Shown here one piece after another: positions 1 through 6,892 of a stretch of 16,085 nucleotides of DNA; the first letter of the stretch is position 1; every line of letters starts with the position of its first letter. Location of the stretch: assembly GCA_030633165.1 (NCBI GenBank), contig DAOVTJ010000030.1:1-16085 (forward strand), in the 5' to 3' direction. Origin of the DNA: Thiomargarita sp. GTDB taxonomy: Bacteria > Pseudomonadota > Gammaproteobacteria > Beggiatoales > Beggiatoaceae. The notes under the pieces were generated by a model. It saw only the letters and a program-made list of their open reading frames with translations, did not search any database and had not been told where the DNA came from. Position numbers and translations under genes: made by a program.

Positions 1-224
1 ACTTCATTGCTCATAAAACAAGTGTGGTAGTATTTATTTTGTTCAATAAGTGTGATATCAATTGTGCTATCAGCCTTACGAATATATTTAGCAGCAATAA
101 CACCGCCAGCCCCGCCACCGATAATGACTACTTTTTTCTTGACAGCTTGTTTTATCAAATAAAAACCAACTGTACCTGCAACTGCTGCTATGCTTAAAAA
201 CTGTCTACGGCTAAGTTTTGACAT
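1..224 (-). CDS. fccB: Flavocytochrome c sulfide dehydrogenase flavoprotein subunit (FccB-like FAD-dependent oxidoreductase). Only the N-terminal ~74 aa are in the window; the gene continues past position 1.
   Basis: The reverse-complement translation from ATG 224..222 is MSKLSRRQFLSIAAVAGTVGF...KKKVVIIGGGAGGVIAAKYI...ITLIEQNKYYHTCFMSNEV. It has a twin-arginine (SRRQFL) Tat signal, a GxGxxG FAD/Rossmann motif and the YYTCxxSNEV stretch typical of FccB/SoxF-type sulfide dehydrogenases. It lies 10 nt downstream of a diheme cytochrome c gene (fccA-fccB order). The SD-like AGGAA is 7 nt upstream. Confidence 0.6.
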   Translation of the reverse strand, partial: MSKLSRRQFLSIAAVAGTVGFYLIKQAVKKKVVIIGGGAGGVIAAKYIRKADSTIDITLIEQNKYYHTCFMSNE

Positions 225-234
225 GCTTATTCCT

Positions 235-819
235 TTATTGATAACTGCCATAAAATTGAATAAGGTTTTCAAGACTTTCTTCGCTATTATTTTGCACAAA
301 ATATTCCAAAGTGCTTGTCATTATAGGAGAAGAATAGTCGGTGTGCTGAAATTCTGAGATACGAATCCTCAAATAGGGTATCCATTGTCCAGCAATAATA
401 TTAGAAAGTGATTCAACCCGACCATCGATATTATGGCAACCCTTACAATATTGTTCATAAAGCACTTTTCCTTTTTGTGCTTTTTTTGCATCGAAAGTTT
501 GAGGGTAACGCACAATGTCTCGTGTAGAAAAAAAATCTGCCATAATTTCAATATCATTATCGGTGTAACCTTTCGCTATTACACTCATGACTGTGCTAGG
601 ACGTTTACCACTTTTCATCTCTTGCATGGCTTTAACAAAAAGAAATCGGCGCATACCTGCGATAGTTGGTGTTGCTGGTCCAAGACTGGAACCATCATTG
701 CCATGACAAACAACACAACTATTGACCAACATAGATACTTGTGCAGTTGTATTTGCTGTCGTTGGAAGATTAAATATCATTCCAATAAAAATTAAGAGAA
801 AATATTTGAAGATAGGCAT
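235..819 (-). CDS. fccA: Diheme c-type cytochrome, likely the cytochrome subunit of flavocytochrome c sulfide dehydrogenase (FccA)
   Basis: The 194-aa ORF has an N-terminal signal peptide (MPIFKYFLLIFIGMIFNLPTTA) and two CXXCH heme-binding motifs (CVVCHG and CKGCHN). It is immediately upstream of the FccB-like flavoprotein. GAGGA lies 9 nt upstream of the ATG. The cytochrome c call is high confidence. The FccA assignment rests on context. Confidence 0.6.
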   Translation of the reverse strand: MPIFKYFLLIFIGMIFNLPTTANTTAQVSMLVNSCVVCHGNDGSSLGPATPTIAGMRRFLFVKAMQEMKSGKRPSTVMSVIAKGYTDNDIEIMADFFSTRDIVRYPQTFDAKKAQKGKVLYEQYCKGCHNIDGRVESLSNIIAGQWIPYLRIRISEFQHTDYSSPIMTSTLEYFVQNNSEESLENLIQFYGSYQ

Positions 820-821
820 TT

Positions 822-1430
822 TTAATTATCCTCAATAATATCGACATCTGCTGGTGGTGTAAATATAAATAAGTTTGGATTTAACTTTTTATTTCGCACA
901 AGATGACGAAATTTGATATAGGTTATTTGTCCAAAATTATCCATTAATTCAAAACTTAATAGAATTTTTTTATATAAGTTAATATTTATACTTTCAAATT
1001 GAGCCTCTGTATCTTTTGGCACTAAGTGAAGGCGTGTTACAACTGTTTTTGATGGTAATTGAGTCACTCGAAAATCTTTTTCCACTGCTTCAGGACGGTT
1101 TAATAAAAAAGCAGGAGTTTTTCCTAAAGCATCATTGATATGTTTCGAGGTGACTTGTTCTAAATCGCTATCATATATCCAAACTTTTTTTCCATCTGCG
1201 ACGATCAGTTGATTGTAAGGAATTTGATAAATCCAACGAAATTTGTTGGGACGTTGCATATACATTTCACCTGATGTTTTTTCTAAAACATCCCCACTTT
1301 CATCATAAAGCGTTTGTTCAAATTTAGCTTGTAAGCTGTGCAAATCTTGTAAAAAATTATCCAACATCTCATGAGCATATAGTAAATGGGGGGAACAGGC
1401 TAATATTACAAATAAGGTATATCGTTTCAT
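822..1430 (-). CDS. lolA: Outer-membrane lipoprotein carrier protein LolA (periplasmic chaperone)
   Basis: The translation aligns by eye along its length with E. coli LolA (e.g. ...FEQTLYDESGDVLEKTSGEMYMQRPNKFRW...IVADGKKVWIYDSDLEQVT...FIFTPPADVDIIED). I chose the start at MKRYTLFVILACSPHLLYA (ATG 1430..1428) because it gives a typical Sec signal peptide. The longer ORF-track start at 1475 adds 15 non-signal residues. The stop is 2 nt from the fccA start codon. Confidence 0.8.
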   Translation of the reverse strand: MKRYTLFVILACSPHLLYAHEMLDNFLQDLHSLQAKFEQTLYDESGDVLEKTSGEMYMQRPNKFRWIYQIPYNQLIVADGKKVWIYDSDLEQVTSKHINDALGKTPAFLLNRPEAVEKDFRVTQLPSKTVVTRLHLVPKDTEAQFESININLYKKILLSFELMDNFGQITYIKFRHLVRNKKLNPNLFIFTPPADVDIIEDN

Positions 1431-1493
1431 AATTTTTGATGTCAGATGTTGTATATTAATATATGATGTTATCATTTATAAGTTGTGGATTTC

Positions 1494-1511
1494 AAGTGAG
1501 ATCAGTCACAA
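1494..1511 (+). promoter_or_regulatory. Candidate CRP/FNR-family binding site (aaGTGAgatcagTCACaa; TGA-N6-TCA core) upstream of hemN
   Basis: The inverted repeat GTGA-N6-TCAC is centred near 1502/1503. A TATTAT -10-like hexamer lies at ~1527..1532, which would put the site at about -41.5 relative to a start site near 1540. That is the class II CRP/FNR activation position. hemN is FNR/Anr-activated in E. coli and Pseudomonas (established knowledge). The half-sites GTGAG/GTCAC deviate from the canonical FNR TTGAT/ATCAA. Confidence 0.35.
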
Positions 1512-1545
1512 AAAACATTTTATACCTATTATATTGAGAGCAATT

Positions 1546-2931
1546 ATGCAACAAACTACGATCTTTGATATTGATTTAATCCGTAGATACGATAAAGCGG
1601 GACCACGTTATACGTCTTACCCAACTGCCGTACAATTTCACGATGGTTTCGATGAAAGCACTTATTGTGAATATGCTAAAAATAGTAATACAGAACCATT
1701 AAAACCATTATCACTATATATGCATATTCCATTTTGTGATACGGTGTGTTTTTATTGTGCTTGTAATAAAATTGCGACCAAAGATCGCAATCTTGCAACA
1801 GCTTATTTAGCACATTTACATAAAGAACTCGCTTTACAAAGTGCTTTATTTAATCGTGAACGTCCTGTGACGCAATTACATTGGGGCGGGGGCACACCGA
1901 CTTTTTTAAGTCATGAAGAAATGCGCGATTTAATGCAAGGGATTAAAACACATTTCCAGATTCTTGATGATGATAGCGGTGAATATTCCATTGAAATTGA
2001 TCCACGTGAAACTAAGTCTGATACTATTGCTTTATTACGAGAACTTGGTTTTAATCGTATGAGTTTAGGCGTACAAGATTTTGATCCAAAAGTACAAAAA
2101 GCGGTTAATCGTGTTCAATCTGAGGAGCAAACTTTTGCTGTGTTAGAATCCGCTCGTAGCGAAGGGTTTAAATCCATTAGTATTGATCTGATTTATGGTT
2201 TATCCCATCAAAATGTGGATTCTTTTGCTAAAACGTTGGATAAAATTATTGCGGTTAAGCCAAATCGTTTTTCCATTTTCAACTACGCACACTTGCCTAC
2301 GATATTTAAACCACAACGACGTATTATTGAGGATGATTTACCTAGCCCTAGTGAAAAGTTAGCTATTTTGCAACAAACCATTAATCAATTAATTGAGGCG
2401 GGTTATGTCTATATTGGTATGGATCACTTTGCGCTTCCTGATGATGAATTGGTTCAAGCACAGCGTAACGGTAGTTTATATCGTAATTTTCAAGGTTACT
2501 CGACGCATGCAGATTGTGATTTAATTGGTTTAGGTATTACATCTATTGGTAAAGTTGGTGATAGTTATAGCCAAAATGTCAAAACACTAGAGGAATACTA
2601 TGCCAAAATTGATATGGGACATATTCCTGTTTTTCGTGGTGTTGGCTTAAATGCGGATGATAAGTTACGTCGGGCGGTGATTACTCAATTAATTTGTCAT
2701 TTTTCTTTGGATATTCCAGCCATAGAGCAAGAATACAAGATTAAGTTTACAGAATATTTTTCAAAAGAAAGAGTTCAATTGGAGACGATGCAAGAGGATG
2801 GATTATTATCGTATTCTGAACAGAAGATTGAGATTTTACCAGCAGGTAGATTATTAGTACGTAATATTTGTATGATGTTTGATATTTACTTACTGAAAAA
2901 TAAGACGCAACGTTTTTCTAAGGTGATTTGA
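1546..2931 (+). CDS. hemN: Oxygen-independent coproporphyrinogen III oxidase HemN (radical SAM)
   Basis: Collinear by eye with E. coli HemN. It has the N-terminal YDKAGPRYTSYPTA motif, the radical-SAM CxxxCxxC cluster (CDTVCFYCAC), the HWGGGTP, NRMSLGVQDF and NYAHLP motifs, and the C-terminal GRLLVRNICMMFD. I chose the start at MQQTTIFDID (ATG 1546, in frame with the ORF-track start at 1483) because it aligns with the HemN N-terminus and has GAGAG upstream. Confidence 0.9.
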   Translation: MQQTTIFDIDLIRRYDKAGPRYTSYPTAVQFHDGFDESTYCEYAKNSNTEPLKPLSLYMHIPFCDTVCFYCACNKIATKDRNLATAYLAHLHKELALQSALFNRERPVTQLHWGGGTPTFLSHEEMRDLMQGIKTHFQILDDDSGEYSIEIDPRETKSDTIALLRELGFNRMSLGVQDFDPKVQKAVNRVQSEEQTFAVLESARSEGFKSISIDLIYGLSHQNVDSFAKTLDKIIAVKPNRFSIFNYAHLPTIFKPQRRIIEDDLPSPSEKLAILQQTINQLIEAGYVYIGMDHFALPDDELVQAQRNGSLYRNFQGYSTHADCDLIGLGITSIGKVGDSYSQNVKTLEEYYAKIDMGHIPVFRGVGLNADDKLRRAVITQLICHFSLDIPAIEQEYKIKFTEYFSKERVQLETMQEDGLLSYSEQKIEILPAGRLLVRNICMMFDIYLLKNKTQRFSKVI

Positions 2932-2943
2932 GGCACTTAGGAT

Positions 2944-2971
2944 AATCCGATTTGAAAAAAATCGGATTTTT
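2944..2971 (+). terminator. Rho-independent terminator of hemN
   Basis: Perfect 10-bp stem AATCCGATTT(2944-2953)/AAATCGGATT(2959-2968) with a 5-nt loop GAAAA, followed by TTT. It lies 13 nt after the hemN stop. Confidence 0.7.
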
Positions 2972-3092
2972 GATTTAATTGGGGGATTTTCTTTTAAGAA
3001 AAAAAAGAAAAAAGCCTTGTATTTTTTTCAGGTGACCATATAATGGTTATTATAGATTGTTTAGTAAAAAACGTAATTTCAATTTATAAAGC

Positions 3093-3120
3093 TTGACATA
3101 GAAATTATATTTGTTACAAT
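3093..3120 (+). promoter_or_regulatory. Sigma70-type promoter of the tRNA operon (TTGACA -35, 16-nt spacer, TACAAT -10)
   Basis: Consensus -35 TTGACA at 3093-3098 and near-consensus -10 TACAAT at 3115-3120. It is preceded by a very A/T-rich stretch (UP-element-like). tRNA-Gly begins 13 nt downstream of the -10. Confidence 0.5.
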
Positions 3121-3132
3121 AATGAACATTTA

Positions 3133-3208
<76 letters not shown>

Positions 3209-3216
3209 AAATATAA

Positions 3217-3291
3217 GGCTGAGTGGCAGAGTGGTAATGCAGCGGTTTGCAAAACCGTACCTCGTCGGTTCAAATCCGGCCTCAGCCTCCA
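3217..3291 (+). tRNA. cysT: tRNA-Cys (anticodon GCA)
   Basis: GGCTGAGTGGCAGAGTGGTAATGCAGCGGTTTGCAAAACCGT...TTCAAATCCGGCCTCAGCCTCCA. Acceptor GGCTGAG/CTCAGCC, anticodon stem GCGGT/ACCGT with loop TTGCAAA, discriminator U, encoded CCA. Confidence 0.9.
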
Positions 3292-3298
3292 TCCAATT

Positions 3299-3385
3299 GC
3301 CCGGGTGGCGGAATTGGTAGACGCAAAGGACTTTAAATCCTTTGACAGTAATGTCGTGCCGGTTCGAGTCCGGCCCCGGGTACCA
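3299..3385 (+). tRNA. leuZ: tRNA-Leu (anticodon TAA), class II tRNA with long variable arm
   Basis: GCCCGGGTGGCGGAATTGGTAGACGCAAAGGACTTTAAATCCTTTGACAGTAATGTCGTGCCGGTTCGAGTCCGGCCCCGGGTACCA. It is closely similar to E. coli tRNA-Leu(UAA), including the G1-U72 wobble. The anticodon loop is CTTTAAAT. The Gly-Cys-Leu order matches the E. coli glyW-cysT-leuZ operon. Confidence 0.9.
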
Positions 3386-3421
3386 TATATCAAAAAGTGG
3401 AACAAAATTTAATCGTTTTCC

Positions 3422-4993
3422 ATGTATAAGGTACATTTTGGACTTAAATCAAATCCATTTTCAATCACTCCTGATCCACAATACCTCTATTTAAGTACAA
3501 GCCATCGTGAGGCTTTAGCACACTTATCATACGGTATCATACATGGTCCTGGTTTTGTGTTGCTCACAGGTGATATTGGCACAGGTAAAACAACTTTATG
3601 TCGCGCTTTAATTGATAAATTACCTGAGACTGTTGATGTCGCTTTGTTGCTCAACCCTCGCCTCTCTGCTATGGAATTATTGGCTGCCTTATTTGATGAG
3701 CTCAGAATTAATTATAATCCACAAGAACAGAATAGCCTAAAAGATTTTACTGACAAGCTGACAAGCTATTTACTCACTGCGCATGCTGTAGAACGTAGTA
3801 CAGTACTTATACTTGATGAGGCGCAAAATCTTACGACAGAAGTTTTAGAACAAGTGCGGTTATTGACAAATTTGGAAACGACTAGTCATAAACTATTGCA
3901 AATTGTTTTAGTGGGTCAGCCAGAATTAAATAGACTCATTGCCCGCAATAATCTTCGCCAATTATCACAACGAATTACAGCACGTTATCAGCTTTCTCCC
4001 TTATCTTTAAAAGATACTTGTGCTTATATCAAACATCGTTTAAAAGTTAGTGGGGCACGTTCTGCATTGTTTTCTGATAGCGCAATGCGTGAGGTTTATC
4101 ATTATTCTGGTGGCATTCCCCGTTTAATTAATATTATTTGTGATCGTGCTTTATTAGGTGGTTTTACAAACAATAAAACTCAAATCAATCCTAAGATTAT
4201 TCAAAATGCAGAACAAGAAGTTCGTGGGGAACAGATTAAGCAAGGATTAACAAATCGTTGGTTAATTGGGATAGTTGTTAGTACAATTTGTATTGGTGTA
4301 TTGATTTGGTGGGGATTTTTTTATACCAATAAATCTACTATAGCAACAAGTAATTTGTCACAGGAGATTTTTGTTTCTTCTACTGTTGCAACAGAACCTA
4401 CATTAGATTTATTAAGCTTATTAAAAACAACTGATACAGAATCAGCTTTTATCACCTTATTTGATCGCTGGGACTTAGATTATAGTAATTTAACGGGTCA
4501 AGATCTTTGTGAACGTGCTGCGACACAAGGATTAGCATGTCTCAAAAAAACAGGTACTTGGGCAGATATTCGCCGTTTTAATCGTCCTGCTTTATTAAAA
4601 TTTGACAGTGGTAGTATTGTTATCACACATTTACAGGATGAGAGCGCGACATTAACGATTTTAGGGCAAAGGTTTGATTTTGCCATCAATGATATTAATC
4701 AATATTGGCATGGGGAATTTTTACTCTTGTGGCAACCGCCAACTTTACCCTTACAAATAATAAAAGTGGGGAGTACTGATAAGGCTGTTATTTGGATCAG
4801 AAAACACTTAAAATATAATGCAGATAGTTTATCACTACACTTTGATCAAGTCTTAAAAGAACAGGTGATGGCATTTCAAGCTCAGCAATATCTAAAACCT
4901 GATGGTGCTGTGGGAGAGAAAACTATGCTTGCATTACAAGCCTTATCAACCGAAGAACCGTTGCTCGATTCGACAAAATTTTTCCAAAAATAA
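3422..4993 (+). CDS. exeA: ExeA/GspA-like AAA+ ATPase with a single transmembrane helix and a C-terminal periplasmic peptidoglycan-binding domain (secretin-assembly factor type)
   Basis: The N-terminus MYKVHFGLKSNPFSITPDPQYLYLSTSHREAL matches the ExeA/MshM N-terminal signature. It has Walker A GDIGTGKT and Walker B LILDEAQ. The TM segment is WLIGIVVSTICIGVLIWWGFF. The C-terminal ...KPDGAVGEKTMLALQA is a PG_binding_1-type motif, which MshM lacks and ExeA has. No exeB/gspB-like gene follows. Confidence 0.75.
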   Translation: MYKVHFGLKSNPFSITPDPQYLYLSTSHREALAHLSYGIIHGPGFVLLTGDIGTGKTTLCRALIDKLPETVDVALLLNPRLSAMELLAALFDELRINYNPQEQNSLKDFTDKLTSYLLTAHAVERSTVLILDEAQNLTTEVLEQVRLLTNLETTSHKLLQIVLVGQPELNRLIARNNLRQLSQRITARYQLSPLSLKDTCAYIKHRLKVSGARSALFSDSAMREVYHYSGGIPRLINIICDRALLGGFTNNKTQINPKIIQNAEQEVRGEQIKQGLTNRWLIGIVVSTICIGVLIWWGFFYTNKSTIATSNLSQEIFVSSTVATEPTLDLLSLLKTTDTESAFITLFDRWDLDYSNLTGQDLCERAATQGLACLKKTGTWADIRRFNRPALLKFDSGSIVITHLQDESATLTILGQRFDFAINDINQYWHGEFLLLWQPPTLPLQIIKVGSTDKAVIWIRKHLKYNADSLSLHFDQVLKEQVMAFQAQQYLKPDGAVGEKTMLALQALSTEEPLLDSTKFFQK

Positions 4994-4996
4994 GGG

Positions 4997-6427
4997 CTAA
5001 GAGGTTTTATCTTTTTCGTCAGATATCTGATCTGGTAATGATATACCAAAGCTTTCTGCAACTGCTAACATTTTTGTAATAAAAGTTGATAAAGTAACAT
5101 CATTTTGAGTCGTTTGTAGCACTTTGAGTTCTTGAATATCTGGCATTTCAGCGGCAATATCGGCTGATTTGTCAATAAGACGTCTTAGTAAATCAGGCTG
5201 ATTAATTTGATTTCGGATATCCTGTTCCATGTGTACAAGATTTATTTCTTTTTCCCGCCATGCTATTTTGAGTTGTTTGTTGGCATCTTCTAATTCATTT
5301 TCAGTCTGATGTGTTTGTTGTTGACGCTTCAAGCGGGCTTCCAAGGCTTTCATTTCAAGTAAATCATCTTGTTCTTGAATAAGTAATTTAAGTGCAAAAG
5401 CTTGTTTTTTGAGCATCATCTCTTGTTTTATTGCTTGTCGTGTGACTTGCATCTTCATTGTTGCTAAACGGCTTTCTTCATTTATAAGATGTAATGCTAG
5501 TTCAGTTTGCAACGTTTTTTTATGTTGAGCGTTTTCTTGTTCTTTGCTTAATCGAATTGATTCTTCTGCTAATTTAAGTATTAGTATTTCAGTTTCTTTG
5601 CTTTGTTTAACATGTTCAATCGCTGTGGTGATTTCAGATTCTGTAGTTTCTTTTAAGTAGCGACTTTCAAGTTCTTTTTGTAAAACTTCATTTTGCATAC
5701 TCAATTGACTAATACGAGCTGTCTTTTCTTGTTGCAAACGAAAAGGGGCTTGTAAATCTCGCCATAATTTTTCTGAACTGAGGTTGCATTCTTTAATTTG
5801 AATGGTGATAATTTTAAGACCAAAATCTTCTCCCATAGCATGGGATTCACGTTCATTAGTGATAGTTTTGAGAGATTTTGTGAGTGCTGCAATAATCGGC
5901 GTTTTATCAGTGAGCACTTCTTCCACATTCATGGTAGCAATTTGGTCTATGATAGTTGTCTTAGCTTGTTCACTTAATTGTGTATTAATAATTCTAAAAG
6001 GTTCTTGATCAGAGAAATCAAATTTACAATAGGCTATTGAAAAATCAGAAATTTGCCATTGCAAATAAGCTAAAATCTTGATACCCTGCTTTTCTTTAGT
6101 AATGCACTTTACTATGATATCAATTGTTTGCATAGCAGATGGTATAACTACATAGGTATCAGTGTACGGATTATAATGAAAAGATTTTCCCAAACCTAAA
6201 GTAAGTGGTTCATCATGACCTATGCGCGTATGAATAACATACATATTTGGTGGAGTAATAATCCATTTCCAACGCCAAAAGCCAGTTTCACGCACTTTTA
6301 GAGGTTCTTTTTTCACTTGTAACTTTTTAGAGGTATTGTGTTTCTGTGATATTGGGGGGATGGCTGATATAGATAGTTCTTCAAAAGCCAATTCGTTATC
6401 CAGACATGCTGCTTTGCGTTTTAGCAT
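4997..6427 (-). CDS. SPFH/band-7 (flotillin-like) domain protein with a long C-terminal coiled-coil region and no obvious N-terminal membrane anchor
   Basis: Residues ~55-200 (FWRWKWIITPPNMYVIHTRIG...LGKSFHYNPYTDTYVVIPSAMQTIDIIVKCITKEKQGIKILAYLQWQISD...) resemble the SPFH core of flotillin/YqiK/FloT (GGGxF..P..Q....l......TK[DE]...i.i.a.l.[WY].i.D). The C-terminal ~280 aa are charged and heptad-rich (E/K/Q/L), as in flotillin coiled coils. The first ~45 aa are hydrophilic with no TM helix. The ATG at 6427 has AGGA 8-9 nt upstream. The family call is from by-eye motif matching only. Confidence 0.45.
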   Translation of the reverse strand: MLKRKAACLDNELAFEELSISAIPPISQKHNTSKKLQVKKEPLKVRETGFWRWKWIITPPNMYVIHTRIGHDEPLTLGLGKSFHYNPYTDTYVVIPSAMQTIDIIVKCITKEKQGIKILAYLQWQISDFSIAYCKFDFSDQEPFRIINTQLSEQAKTTIIDQIATMNVEEVLTDKTPIIAALTKSLKTITNERESHAMGEDFGLKIITIQIKECNLSSEKLWRDLQAPFRLQQEKTARISQLSMQNEVLQKELESRYLKETTESEITTAIEHVKQSKETEILILKLAEESIRLSKEQENAQHKKTLQTELALHLINEESRLATMKMQVTRQAIKQEMMLKKQAFALKLLIQEQDDLLEMKALEARLKRQQQTHQTENELEDANKQLKIAWREKEINLVHMEQDIRNQINQPDLLRRLIDKSADIAAEMPDIQELKVLQTTQNDVTLSTFITKMLAVAESFGISLPDQISDEKDKTS

Positions 6428-6497
6428 AATATTATTCCTTTTAATATTTTAGTTGAATAGTATAAGTCAGACAATAACATTTATTAAGGAGACACAA

Positions 6498-6782
6498 ATG
6501 CAGGTGAATTTTATTTTGGTGAAGAATCCAAATGATATAGTTCCTAAGGTTTATTTTGGCAATAATAGTGAAGAAACACATAATGATATCGTTAGAGCAA
6601 ACGGTGTCAAGGGGCTATTTGTTATAGGTAGTGGTAGCGCACTTCTTGAAGAAAAGGTATTTATGATTGGTCCAATAACTGAATATGTCGCTTTCGGACC
6701 ATGTTCTAGGGAACAAATGGTAGATGTGCAAGAGGTTAAAAATGATGATTGGTCTGTAGAAATTGGGCTTGCTCAAAAATAA
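6498..6782 (+). CDS. Small hypothetical protein (94 aa), no recognisable family
   Basis: ATG at 6498 is preceded by a strong SD (TAAGGAG, 7 nt spacing). The longer ORF-track start at 6453 is a TTG without an SD. The protein has no signal peptide or TM segment. It is divergently oriented to the SPFH gene, with ~70 bp between their start codons. Confidence 0.4.
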   Translation: MQVNFILVKNPNDIVPKVYFGNNSEETHNDIVRANGVKGLFVIGSGSALLEEKVFMIGPITEYVAFGPCSREQMVDVQEVKNDDWSVEIGLAQK

Positions 6783-6845
6783 TTTTAAGCAAAAATTTTG
6801 GATATATTTTTTTTAGGTCAATTTGAAAATATTAGACTTTTAGTA

Positions 6846-6869
6846 AGCCCTCCCTGTTAGGAGAGGGCT
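6846..6869. terminator. GC-rich hairpin (AGCCCTCcctgttaggaGAGGGCT) between convergent genes; possible bidirectional terminator
   Basis: A 7-bp perfect stem, possibly extended with one mismatch. It sits in the 110-bp convergent intergenic region between the small ORF (ends 6782) and pckA (ends 6893). No clean T-run on either side, hence low confidence. Confidence 0.3.
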
Positions 6870-6892
6870 AAAGGACACACCTTGATCAAATT

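Noticed and set aside
369-795. ORFs 369-557 (-) and 433-795 (+) inside the cytochrome c gene
   Set aside because: They are nested within, or antisense to, a CDS with a clear signal peptide and two CXXCH motifs. Their products are low-complexity with no features.
1463-1475. Inverted repeat ATGAT-gtt-ATCAT upstream of hemN as a possible FNR box
   Set aside because: The TGA...TCA cores are separated by 5 nt rather than the 6 required for CRP/FNR-family dyads. The downstream GTGA-N6-TCAC at 1494-1511 is a much better candidate.
1431-1475. Longer LolA start at 1475 (MITSYINIQHLTSKIMKRY…)
   Set aside because: The extra 15 residues precede a textbook signal peptide (MKRYTLFVILACSPHLLYA) and have no counterpart in E. 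coli LolA. Neither candidate has a good SD, so the signal-peptide logic decides.
6453-6497. Longer form of the small ORF starting at 6453
   Set aside because: The codon at 6453 is TTG with no SD, whereas the ATG at 6498 has a near-consensus AAGGAG at optimal spacing.
3386-6800. Possible genomic island inserted at tRNA-Leu (exeA, SPFH protein, small ORF)
   Set aside because: No integrase, recombinase or phage gene is present. There is no direct repeat of the tRNA-Leu 3' end (…CCCCGGGTACCA) anywhere downstream that I could find by eye. There is no evident compositional shift. It is better read as lineage-specific chromosomal gene order.
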